The notes under the pieces: model-generated
Told to the model about the DNA's origin: nothing
Seen by the model: only the letters and a program-made list of their open reading frames with translations
Database searches by the model: none
Origin: Ptychomitrium polyphyllum
Lineage: Eukaryota
Reading direction: 5' to 3'
NCBI GenBank assembly: GCA_973851085.1
Contig: OZ316775.1
Span: 8,432,001 to 8,496,000 of the forward strand
Length of the DNA stretch: 64,000 bases
Shown: positions 51,656 to 64,000 of the stretch, piece after piece
Numbering within the stretch: the first letter of the stretch is position 1
Layout of the letters: every line of letters begins with the position of its first letter
Made by a program: the position numbers and the translations under genes

Positions 51656-53522
51656 TTGCAAAGGAACTACTGCACCTTGTAGTACACACTATAGCATTCC
51701 AAAGTCAGAACAATAATATTACTATTATAGCTGTGGTGTTTGCTGGTGTTCATTATACTGATCCGCGGTTGCCAAGTCGGGCTCCATACCTGGATAATAA
51801 GGATTCTAGAAGGAACCAGAAACGAAAGACACCTACTTGGGACCAGTATAATCAATGTCAGACCTCTAGAATTAGTGACCTTAAACGTGACCCTGACGAA
51901 GAAATCACAGAGTCAATAAAATTCTTCCACTGAATAACGGAATGAAGGATCTCGAGTAGAAATCACAGTACTGTAGATCACCTGTATACGATACTGTATA
52001 TTTTCCTGTCTGGACTTTGAAAGGGACTGTCATTTGTTGACGAATATGTCAGAAGTATGTAAGGGGATGTAACCGTAACATGCAAAACATACAACATAAA
52101 CAGTGGTGCATGTACAGGCCTGGGACTCTAGAGGTCACTTGCGACTAACTTATACAACTTACTGTGAAGCTATATCGCATATTGCATGCTAATGGTATGC
52201 AAGAGATCAACTATAAGGTGTCCATGCACAAGATAAATTTGATTATAAAGTTTCATCTTTTTGTCAATTTTCTCCATTTTTTTCTGTGAAAACTTGACAG
52301 CATTATTGTGCTACAAGAGTTGCAAGATTACAAGTTTCCACAATGTAGAGCAGCGGCTTGTCCAACCCCACACAACCATGGTCAAATACAGTAGAGAATT
52401 TTCTGGCCAGAATAATTTAAATTTCAAATTTGAAACAAATTTACGGTTAAGTGAATATATTTTAAAAAGGTTTAGAACTGGTTATGGAGGATGATCTGGA
52501 CTTGAAACTTACCAAAATGGCGTGAAACTACGAGAAAAAAAAGAATCATTTCTATTATTTTCTCTTCTTTTCTTGTGTTTTGAAGTCGTTACGACAAAAT
52601 AAGAAAACAGCAGAGAAAGATTATCAACGTGGTGTAGTAATTCAGTTCTTGTGGAAACATTGGTTTGTACTACAAAATATAAAACTAGGCCAAGGAATCT
52701 ATTTCTGATTGAAACTTTACAATTGCGCCAAAAATTAAATAAAGAGCTATTTCTGTTCCTTTCCTGTTCCTCATCTCTTGGTCGTGCAATTATAGAAATA
52801 CTAAAGCACCCAATTTTGCAGTGTGCAAAACTGAAAATCTATTTCGAATTAGTGAAGGTCAACAACGTCGCAGCTATAAATGGAATTAGGTACTATAAGA
52901 CATACAGTCCACTAAATTTATAGCTTGGAACATGAGGAATCTCAAAAAAGCACGAAATTCCTCTTGCATTGGAGAAAACTCTCTTCTTTTAAACCAAAGA
53001 GGAAAAAAAACACTCTAAGCACTGAGCTCCTCGGTTGGCGAGTGAGCCAGCCTCGGCACATCGTAAGAAACGCCATAACCTAGATGAATGCCGGTACAAA
53101 AATATTATGAAGCAATCAAAAAGTCAGTAGCCGAAGCTCAAAACTAGGGTGTCGCCAGATGCCATCCGAGGCTGTAGGCACAGAGTAGCATCCACCTGCA
53201 TCAAGTTGCCCAAAGCTTTGCTTTCCTCCTCGCTGAGACTCCTGCCTCACTAACTCCACCACCGCCTCAGAAGTCTAGAAATTACAGGCCTTGCATATTC
53301 TGAATCTCACTTTTGATCACATCACTCAGTTTGGCAAAACATTTTCGTATATGTTTAATAAATATATAAATATATGTGGAGGCAAAATGTGTCAGATTAT
53401 AATCTGTTCACATGTTGAGGATATTGAATCGACGAATGCAACTACAAGGAGCCTGCTACAGAGGGTTTACAAAAACCCCAGTAAGTGAGAATTGTTGAAT
53501 TAAAGTAGAATGACCCCCCGAA

Positions 53523-56500
53523 CTAAAGCATTAGCATGTGCTCAACATGCGGCTGATGCAGCCAGTTTGAAAGGGGTTTGCCGTGACTAACAAAACAGCC
53601 AACGTTGGAGTTTTCAATATAAAAGGGAGAGCCCAAAGCAGTGAGCATGTTCTGAACAGCTTGCCGAACTAAAGAAGACCCTGTCACTCGACTGTGCTTT
53701 CCCCAGCCAGTAATAATCTCAATCCGTTCCGGAGCTACACCTGTGTAGAGCATGGCCCGTCTGAAGTCAGAGAGAGTTCTTGAAAGCGCTACCAGTGCTG
53801 TGCCTATGGACATGACGTGCAAATTGATAGAGTACTGGTTCTTGGCTTTCTCTCTCACTGCCTGAGGGTACAGGTCATGCTCCCTTCCCACTTCCCAAAC
53901 CAAACCTGCTTCCGGTCTCCTGCCCAAATTATGAAGAAACTCAATCAATGAATCCGTAAAGCCCCGCTTACAATCGTGTTCCTCCCCATGTAAACCTTCA
54001 AAAAATTGCTGCACAATGTGTTTCAGCTCTTGTGGGGGCACCTCCCTGGAGAGTAATGTACACACAAAAGCATATACCGGATGCAGTGTGCTTGCCATGA
54101 GGCTGACTACTTGCTGGTGTTGTGCACTGGCAGTGCAAGAACTCAAAAGAATTGTATGAGTCTGTAAAGTTGGAACCAGTCCCCACGCGTTCATCGACTC
54201 TAGCACGCCACGAGCTGAGTCAAACTGATGCATGCGTAGATAAGTACCCAACAGAGTATTACTCGTTTGAACATTCGGTGTCAACCCTGAATCTAACATT
54301 TTCAGATACCACTCCCGTGCCCTTTCTGCATTACCCGCTTTCCCCCACAAGTCCACCATGACGCCATAGATAGGGGCATCTGGTATCCAACCAGCTTGTT
54401 CCATTTCCTGGAATACATGCTCCGCTTCATCGATGTGCCCGGTTTGACCCAACACTTCCATCATGATGCTGTATGTTACCCTGTCTGGGTGGAAACCTGC
54501 GTCTTGCATGTCATTGTAAAGCTTCATAGCCATGACATGGTTCCCAGCTTTAGCTTGCAAATCGATTATGATATTGTAAGTGACTAAGCTGGGCACACAT
54601 CCACGCTCAATCATCTCTTCAAAAAGCTTCAAGGCGGCATTCACTTTGCCAGCTTTGCCAAGGCAATGGATTATGACACTGCACAACATTAACATCAGAA
54701 TCAGGTCTAAGAAGCAAATTAAGGATGATCAGCTGTCTACGCTCTGTTCCAAGTTGCTAGAAGTCAGTTGGAGGAAGGAATTTCCAGACCACCACGAATG
54801 ATACAGCTTCAAATAGCATATGAACCGTCTTCACAAGTCTGACATTGACGCAAAGCATAATACCTATAAGTGAAAGTGTCTGGCTGGAACCCAGCTTGTT
54901 GCATTTGCCGATACATGTCCATGGCAGTATCATGGAACCCAGCTTTCGAATGAAGATCCACAAGGGTGCAATATGTGACACGGTCAGGGCTACAGCCACT
55001 TTCCTGCATTTGATAGAAAATACGAATAGCTTCGCCCAAGTAATTTGCTCGTCCATAAGCATGGATGAGTCTGTTGTATGTTACGACACAGGGCTCACAA
55101 CCTTCCTTGCGCATCTCCTGCAGCAGCCGAGTGCAGGCCTCAAAATTCCTTGCACGACCCAGGAGGCCAATCATAGTGGTGTACGTGCATACATCGTGCT
55201 TGTAGCCCTCTTGCCCCTTCGCCCAGTCGAAGAACTTCAATGCTAATCCCGACTCTTTCTGATGCTTCAGAACCTCGTTGATGTGGAAAGCACTCAGCGT
55301 TCTGTTCACATGAGATAAAGCCACCAGCGTGTCGGGGCGCCAATTTAGCTGTCTCAATATGTTGCACACATGATCTACAACCTCTCCACTAGCAGCTCGA
55401 GACTCAGAATTAACAGCCTTCTGGGACTGTCGCCGACTACCAGATTGATTTCGCCCGCGCTGCCCACCCCGACCAGAAGCCGAATTAAAGCGCTCCTTGC
55501 TACTTGATCGTGGTGCAGGTAACTCATCCCTTGAAATGTCGATAGCAGCTCCCACTGAAAGATGTCTTGGCAATGAGGAAGACGGGGCTTTAGCAAGCGG
55601 GCCATTATGTTGTGCCCATGGCCGCACTGGAGAAGAAGGAAAGACTGCAGGCTTCGACTGGGCGCCTCGTGATTGCCAATCTGATTTGAAATTACCGGAT
55701 CCATACTGACGAGCTCCATCGTAACTAGACCTTTGCTGGGGATCACCTCCACTTGAGGGAACAGGAACAGGGACAGGAACAGGAACTCCTTTATCTACAG
55801 GAACTGCAGATGAAGAGACCTCTCTATCACTATATGCAGAAGAATCTTCTCCAATCACCTTCTCAACTACAACAGATGAGTTGTTTCTAGAAGATGAATT
55901 CGACTGCTGTCGTGGCAACCGGTAACTGTTTCTTCTACCTCCAGTAGCACCCGTTACCACATTCTCCACAGTAGATAAACTTGGTACTGCTGCAAAGCCA
56001 ACTTTCGATGAAAGTTGAGGATCAGTATTGATCACTGCAGCTGAACCCCCAACTTTAGAAACTGTTTTCCCATGCTGATCATGTCCAGCATTTTCTGGAA
56101 CCGATCCTTCTACAGTAGTGTCCCGTACAAATATTCCTGGTATGGGAATATTATGTAGAGGTGGTCTTCTATCAGATGATGCAGGAAACCCACTTGGATG
56201 AACAGGGGCATGTCCCAATCCATGAACCTGATCGGAGAGAAAATAGGTCACTAAACAAGGAATACTAGAAAAACAATGGAACTTGACAAAAATCTGTAGA
56301 CAGTTCAAACATTAAAAGTAGTAAGACAAAAAAGGAACATAAAATCCCTACAATCAACACGGAAATGAGGAGGCGTAATAACACTCACCTCATGCCCAGG
56401 ATGTGGTAAATGAGGAGTTCGCTTGAGGTGCTCATCCTTCTCATCTGCAGTAGATACTCCGTGTGGGTTGCACGTGCCATCACCGGTCCGCGACCCGGCC

Positions 56501-56571
56501 GAAGTACCAGCTAAAATCCATGATCGCTGACTTGCCTTGATCAAAGGCAGTAGCTGTTTCGGACGAAGCAT
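53523..56571 (-). CDS. P-class pentatricopeptide repeat protein with C-terminal SMR domain (PPR-SMR; resembles the At1g74750/At1g18900 group), 3 coding exons, ~900 aa
   Basis: Exons 56571-56389, 56227-54864, 54678-53523. Tandem 35-aa PPR motifs (HDVCTYTTMIGLLGRA, PCVVTYNRLIHAYGRANYL, PDRVTYCTLVDLHSKAG, PSLVTYNIIIDLQAKA). SMR domain INLHVMSIGTALVAL...IEIITGWGKHSRVTGSSLVRQAV...NVGCFV. 5'UTR exons at 57120-57053 and upstream of 57516. Confidence 0.93.
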
Positions 56572-57224
56572 TTGACTGAATCATACCAAACAAAAGGTAG
56601 TGTAAGCTCAAAAGCATCTGTAGCCAGACAATCTCAACCATCCACGGTATACACAGTAAAATGACCATCTACAGGGGAGGAGATGCCCATCAAACCTCAA
56701 ATTCAGAAACAGTGACAAAAACTCAAGAGTACAACCAAATGGTTTTGCATGCTGCAACACGGGACTGACTATGCTTCTACGTCGTATATGGCGACTATAA
56801 CTAAGACGGATACTTTATTTCAAACGTTAAGAGCACACACCGACTTGCTTACTGATAAACAAACAAATGGAAGAGCTGAAAATTTGAGGCGGAGTAGCTT
56901 CAGCTACGTCATCCACAACTGAAACACAGGAAACCCACAGAACAAGCGTTATGAATAAATTTTAACTTGGAATCATACCGTATTATGAAATAGAAAACCC
57001 TCAACAAACGTGAAGAATGTGAGGATGCTTATACATGTGCACGGTTACTTACCTCGGATCAAGGAAGAAAGACGGACAGGGTAGGAGCTCAACCCAGCCC
57101 CTGCCCCTCCCCCTTGAACCCTGCATCTTAATTATCACATAAAAATGAAACATCAGATGCCAAACTAAACTTTTGAACAAGAAGACGCGCAAAAGAAACG
57201 AAAATTCAAATTCATAATATCAAT

Positions 57225-57940
57225 AAACTCTCAACCATGTGCAGCTAATACTAGGTTGTACTTCCTACTGTATCACTTTCAAATAGCCTGCAGCCCATTT
57301 GCATTTAGGTTTCGAAACCAGAGAAACCTCAAAAACTCTCGGTTGGCATAAGGGAAGCCGCCCTCATCCAACCTGGGCAGATTGCAAAGCAGCGCCACAG
57401 ATAGCTACACACACACTACGAAGCGAAACCAACGAGTCCCAAACAATCTCACAACATCGATGCACCCGACTGTCATCCCAACAACTTAGGGTTTACGCCA
57501 CGAAGTTCCACTCACCTACATGGAGCTGCCCGGCGACGCCCTCCTCCACGAACTCCACCGAACAACGGCTGCCCTGAGAATCTACCTTCAGCAGCTCCTC
57601 GCCATCCCCTTCCACCCTCCTCTCGTCTACCCTGTGGACGCCGTCACCTCCGAACTAAACCCACGACTGCAGTCCCGCCATAAACCCTGGAAGAGTGTCG
57701 CGCAGTCGGAGAGAGAATCGAGAAGCCCAAACCCCCACCCCCCGTCCACCTCCTAAATAAACGGCAAGCAACTAGTGGCCACGACTGCCCCCGCGAGAAT
57801 CGCCTGTCCTCAGAAGCATCGCCTCCAAGTTCCAAGTTCCGACAGTCGATGAGTGAGAGTCAAGCATCGTTGACACCAACGACAGCGATGATCCTCAAAA
57901 AGATTTGCAGCATGCGCGGCCATGGGCCGTCCGTCTCCCA
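57225..57940 (-). repeat. Inverted duplication copy B: promoter-proximal region, 5'UTR exon and intron-1 start of the PPR-SMR gene
   Basis: Reverse complement of 33490-34190. The same ATGTAG|GTGAGT donor lies at 57516/57515. The ORF track shows the identical 92-aa antisense frame at both loci. Confidence 0.95.
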
Positions 57941-59123
57941 TGATTGCACCTTCTCTTTTTCACACCGAACTTACGTAGCCCTTTCCTAGAAGTAGCCTAA
58001 ATTGGGGATTTATCTGTCACAAGGATGACTTGTTTCACTTGTCAACTATAGCTGAATACATGGATTTATTTTGCAATTCATGTGTTATCTCCTAGTTCCT
58101 TTAAGAGGCAAATATATTTCTGTTGAACTCTGCTTTGTTTTTATTGTAGTTCTGTTTTGTAATTCTTTGTAGAAGGAGCAAATTGCAATGGATATGTGCA
58201 GAAACTTTATTAGTGGTGACATTGTGTTAAGTAATATGATGTGTATGATTGAGTCTGTGCTCATAAGGTGGAACAACCATTCAAACTTGGTAGTGGTTTT
58301 GCACTCATTCCCTTTTAGATCATTTGCTAAGATTTTTGGCTTTGAGTGTTGTTCTTTAGCGATTTGTTAATGATGTTGATGTCTTAGCCGTGTTGGATGT
58401 TGCAAGAAGGGAAGCCATGGGTGAAAGAGAAAGGGCAGAAGAGAAATTTTGATTTGAAACGGACTATGTCAATGACCAAGAACAACGATGAGTCTGGAAA
58501 AGGAAGATTGCTCAATAAGGATAGAGCTTGGGCAGATAACAGTTGCTTAACATTAAAGTAAAGAGAGAGGGCGCAGTGGACAATGCAACACTTAATGACA
58601 TCTCCAATCAGGACCTCACTTGTAACTCCAGAACAGACTTTAAAGGTCCCTCAAATTCTCAAGTTTTTAATCCCATTGAGTGAACTCGAAAGCTCAAACC
58701 CTAGTCTTCACGTACCTTGGTAAAAGAATGAAATCATACAGATTCAGAATTGTCTATCGCATGTTCACTTTAAAATAGACCTATACAAGTCCGACAATTA
58801 CCGGCATATCACAGAGAAAAACCTTGAAGATGATAGAATGATGAGGGGAAAAATGACCTTTATTGATACAAGGGTAAGTTAATTTCAAAAAAATCACCCA
58901 AAACCCGTACCCATACGACCTTCAAAATTCATATAATTAATAAACCCTATCCAACTCCTGTGTTAATAAGACGATACCCGCACAGCACTGGTACATACAA
59001 CCAAAGACAAAGGTATACGTCCCAATCCTACTGTGCACCAGGTATATACGTATATACATATCCAACCCAGTGCATGCCACCTGCTACACCTCCCTACACG
59101 TCTGGACCAACCACTTCTAAAAC

Positions 59124-61135
59124 CTACAACTTCTTTTTGGCTGGGGCTCTTGGGATTTTGCTCAACAACGCAGCATCCATGTTCTTGTAATGAGTGTTGG
59201 CTAGGTCAGCTGCCTTCTTTGCGTGGTGGTCAATAATATCCTCGTATTTGTCATAAACGAATGGAACGATGTGCAACATGACAATCCCTGTCACATAACA
59301 GTCACAAGCGTTTCAGAAGCGGAATAAAATCCTCGAAAGTCACAACCTAGTCACAGGAACAGCAAAGGCGATAGGTAAACCTTAAAGGTCCAACTACTAC
59401 AGAGCTCAAAGAGAATACAAAGACCTCACAACACCGTCAGAATGATAATTATATGAAACAATAAATTGAAATTAACCACCTAAAATCAACATATAGTACT
59501 TGCTTAGAAGCATAGCCAACTCACCGATCCATACACAAGTGAGGAAGTTGAACCACGCAGTCACGGTCGAAATAACATACAAGAAAGCAATCACCTGCGA
59601 ATCACATCAACAGTTACAAACAACTCTTCACAATTTTCACAATCAATGATCCTTCAATGTTAGTGAAGACACAATTCCCTCGGTATTTGAAATTCATAAC
59701 ACAGCTTAATCAAGATCCAGCATCCCAACAATGATAACTTCACATTCCATTTTAGAGCCGAATCGCTTTTCAGATCAGGAAAGCCCACCATCAAGAAGAG
59801 CTTGAAATCCTTGCCCACAGCAACATCCCGTGCAATCATCAGAGCCTTGTTCAGTTCAGTACGGAACAAACTCGCAGTACTCAGAACAAAATCTTCCGAC
59901 AGAAACAACTCCGGCACTGGTGGACCAGCTCTGACATCCACAATCAAGACATGACTACATTAGTGCCGAACAAATTCTTGAGATCGGTACAATACGGTAC
60001 TCTTTTCACAATAAAACTAAACCAGTACAAACGGGGACACAAATCAATTATAAATCATAACTGCTACAAACCAAACAACCAGATAGAGGCACCTATTCCC
60101 AACACCAAAGCTTCGAACGGGATCTCCAGGACTAGACTAGAAAGGTACCCTACAATGCATTTAAAAATCAATGCCATGTAGTGTTGTCTAGGAGTTCTTG
60201 TGGGTTGTAGGTCTAAGACAAAAACCTGTGTAGGAGAGAGGCCACATTTGACCACACAAACAGAATCACCACCACGATCATGAGGATGTTGCACAGCAAT
60301 GTGCAGAATGTATAGCCTGATTTCTCTAGAAGAAACCAGATGAGCGTCGACCCACCCAGAGTTCCAGCTGAAAGATACTTGTCCCTCCATAGAGCCGAAT
60401 CGGCAGCTGCAGACATACCGAAGAGCCATGGATCAATTCACTCGGCTGAGAGGTGGAATTCAAAACTGAATTATGAGCATGTAAACCCTAGCTGGTAAAC
60501 ACTGCCTGACGTGTTTAATAACGCAGTATCTTAAGGATTTTGAACGCCCATGAATTCATAGCCTTTAACGAACATAACAGAGTCAATCGTAAGGAGTGGC
60601 TATTCACCGCATGTTGTCGATTACTCTATATGGATGTATGATGAACTTTAAGAAGCTCATCAAATCCCATAGTTCCCAGTCACTACAAGCAGGAAGTACG
60701 TGTTCAAACGGGTGAAAACTGAACGAGCTGACTGATACGAGCATGAGCACCGCTTCCTAAGAAGAGCAATCAGCATTATTCACGCCAAAGAAAATATCCA
60801 TTTATGATTCAGAAAATGCAATCCAAGAAACTTCACTCAAGATTTACAAGCACTTGATATGCAATCTGTCTAGATACTTCATAAAGTTAAGGGGAAAACA
60901 AACAAGGAACTCCACTGCAAATACTGCAAGTAGCACTTGAGAAAATATTCTTGAAAGTTGAACAAGCTTTACCTCGGCCTCCGCCCAGAAGTTGGTGCAC
61001 GGTCTTGTCCTTGGTCAAGAACCGATTTCCAGGTCCATACTCTGAAAGTGGGGCAGTCTGAGAAGCAGGCATACTATTCACACTATCCATAACAGAATTT
61101 GTGACGTTCTGCGTGACACCACTCTGTTCTGACAT
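59124..61135 (-). CDS. Reticulon-like protein (RTNLB family), 5 exons, ~239 aa
   Basis: Exons 61135-60973, 60406-60226, 59930-59789, 59594-59525, 59287-59124. Motifs TVHQLLGGGRAADSALWRDKYLSAG, W.LLEKSGY, RDVAVGKDFKLFL, FNFLT, VPFVYDKYEDIID. C-terminal di-lysine ER motif KIPRAPAKKKL*. Confidence 0.95.
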
Positions 61136-64000
61136 AGTTCCTAAGAGTTACTGTAGGCAATATCACTTAGATCTGCAAATCCCAAAGTATCCCACACTTA
61201 GTTTCTTGCAAAGAGACAGCCAATCGGAGCAAAGAATATCACTAGATGAAGAAAATGCAGAAAGGTGATGTAGAAATCAATCGAACAAGCACGGAAAATA
61301 CAAACCAAAAGAAAATCCAATCAAAAAAAGCCAAGACCAGTCAGACCGCCACCAAGTCCAAGAAGATATCACCCTCGAGCCCTAAAGTACCTCATTACGT
61401 AATAATCTAAAACAGCAATCGCAGCCAGAAGTTGGCTTAGTTCATCAATGAGACACAACAGTTTCAGCCTGAACTTCACAAAAATCTGCTCGATTGCCGA
61501 AAGCAATCGACTTCTTCAAGGGTCCCAACAATAGGGATCATGGCAGTTGACGGAGAAGTTTCAAAATGAATTTCAGATTTCTATGAGGTATCTCCTGCCA
61601 CGAAACCCCCACTATCTTCACTTCAAAAACCAAATGCACGAAAAGAAAGTCTCGGTACTTGTCACAAATACTGCACCAACGGTAACCTTATGCCCCAAAA
61701 CGAAACCAAAACATCGGTTTTACACCAAACTAGGGACGCTAGAAGAACACCATCGCTCTTCACACAAACCTGTGCCGGCTCATCAAACAAAAGAAATACC
61801 CAAACCTCATCGCTCAACACTCATCACCCTTATAATCCAACACTACCAATCATTCTCGAACTACATCCACTCTCCCACTCCTCAAAGACCACCTCTCCAC
61901 AACACACACAAACCAACTCCTCCTACCCTAACTCTTCAAAACACCACAAACCGAACAACAGTTGAAAAGGAAAAGAAAACCTTAAAACACACCATGCAAC
62001 ATGCCCTCAAGTAAAAACTACAATATACATACTAACAACATCCCCGAACTCCCGAGTCACCCCACGCCGTTTCCCCCATTGACTGCCACGACTTCCATGC
62101 CAGGCTAGGAAGATAGATCGGACCATCACCATAGACAGAAACGATGTGCTCCACAGCAGCGGCAGCAGCGTCTTACCTAAGAAAAGGAGTGATATCGGAA
62201 GAGCTAGTGAAGGGGGACGCTGTAACACGATAAGCAGTGGCGACGAAGGCAGCACAAGCCACCAAAGCAAAGCGTATACTGCAAACTGCAAATGCAAACA
62301 GGAAAGAACGAAAAGAAGGCACACCACGCTCTCACTGCGTTAGGGTTTCCAGGAATACACACAAGGCAGTCTCCCTTCAGGAATATATCCCCGAAAACTG
62401 TCACTATAAGGACCAGCTATCTACAGAAGGAGAACACTTTAATGATATAATCCTGTAAGCCGCGTAGATAATGCAGAGTCTAAGATATAAATGGAAATCC
62501 ACAATCTTCGCTGTTTCCGTCAGCAACTAGCGGTTCACATTCCATCCTAAAAATTTACAGAGGCGTACATAAAGTGGAAATCGTTCACAAGGACCGTCAC
62601 TGTATATGACCACATCATCTAGGGAATTTTCTGATTTTATGACAACAGCATGTTAGCAGTTGGTAAAAGCGAAGGTTTCGAATATGCATTCCGTTCATAG
62701 CCTCGACATCATCAACAGTTTATGTAAACTTCTTGCCATAGGAAGTGTTGGATTGGTAGATATAGTTGGTTTTTGTGTATGCATTTCTTATAAGCCCCGG
62801 CTCGGAATGGCAAGAGACGTCGGGCGTTCCTGTGATTTGTGCCAGACGATTCCACTCGTGCCCGTTCTGAGTCGTTCCCAAGGTTGGCGCCTTCGATTTC
62901 TTCCATGGCGATCCAAGTGCTAACGGGACATCGGTCCATCCCGGTTGGTAATTGGCCGTTGCCTAGGGTGTGTGGCAGCCGCACCGCAGCCGCCACCAGC
63001 TTTGTTTAGGGTTTTCGTTTGACTTCAGGCAAACAGCCCATTTTTACCACCCTTTCATATCCATCAGTTATAAAAGATTCATAATTACTGAGTACATTTT
63101 TAAGAACCATTAGCAGTAAAATAAGGTGAAAAATGGATGAGATAAGGGTGATAGTTGGGTTAAAATCGAACGTAAATGGACTCATGAGGTGGTGATAATG
63201 GAAAGAAAGGTAAATTTTTATTATATTTTTAAAATATAATGATATATTAAATATGGGCTTCCTTCATGGAGGTCTTTGAGTGAATTTTATTACAATGTGC
63301 ATGCATTGAGTGGTGATTGTTAGAAGTTTGGGTGGTTAAGCGGTTGGCCTACTAGGTGTTAAGAAATTTACAAGAATTTGTTTTGAGGATGCATGCCTAA
63401 TTCAAATTTAATAAAAAGATTATAATTTATTTTGCATTAAAATCTAAATCTTACTTTCTACTTAAAACAATCATTGTAAAACGTTTCCAAAATCTATATA
63501 AATATTTAAAAACATAATTTTTAGCTTGGTAAATGTTTATTCCATTGTAATTTTAATTCTTAGGTGGCATTTATATTAACCATTATAACTTTCTTAATGA
63601 ATTCTCATAAATTTGAAGCATTGCAAAAAATTTAATAAAAAACTAATTTGCATGGTTGGAAACCATCATCTTTAGTTTGGAAGTAGAAAGATGAATGAAG
63701 TTGCAGATTGTTAATAATTTTTAATCTTTTTATTTTTTCAAAACAATTATATTTCAAACATTTAAGAAGTTTCTACTAATTTTGTTTTTTTTACTTTAAT
63801 TTTTCAAAAAAAACTAAAACAATTGTGATATCTTTTATTATGCAATGCTTCATATATTATAACTTTCATATTATTCATTTTTATAATGTTCTCATTATAA
63901 ATTCATATTTTATTGCAAATGTTTTATATAATGATAATTGTAAATAAAAATGAATAAAAACACGAAGAATTATAAAGTTTGAATTAATTCGTTTTAAAAT

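Noticed and set aside
1..64000. tRNA, rRNA, snRNA or miRNA genes
   Set aside because: No cloverleaf/T-loop context, rRNA-like segment or long fold-back was recognised by eye. tRNAscan-SE/Infernal would be needed to exclude them.

Overview
Eukaryotic nuclear DNA from a land plant, most likely a moss (Physcomitrium/Funariaceae-like). This rests on intron-rich genes of moderate GC, very AT-rich CpG-poor spacers of decayed transposons, and a flagellum-associated kinesin-9. Seven complete multi-exon genes can be spliced by hand with consistent intron phases: an ILR3-type (IVc) bHLH, a 17-exon kinesin-9 (KIF9/KIF6-like), WDR70/GAD-1, a CDF-type Dof factor, a very long GT8 (GUX/PGSIP-like) glycosyltransferase, a PPR-SMR protein and a reticulon. 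There are also MULE and LTR remnants and several tandem repeats. The most unusual structure is a ~700-bp inverted duplication (33.5-34.2 kb vs 57.2-57.9 kb) with a 355-bp core that reads as identical. It forms the promoter-proximal region, first untranslated exon and start of intron 1 of two unrelated, convergent genes (Dof and PPR-SMR) and brackets a 23-kb segment. Recombination between the copies would invert the segment and swap the genes' promoters. The GT8 and kinesin both carry non-canonical catalytic motifs. All calls are by eye; no database search was run.
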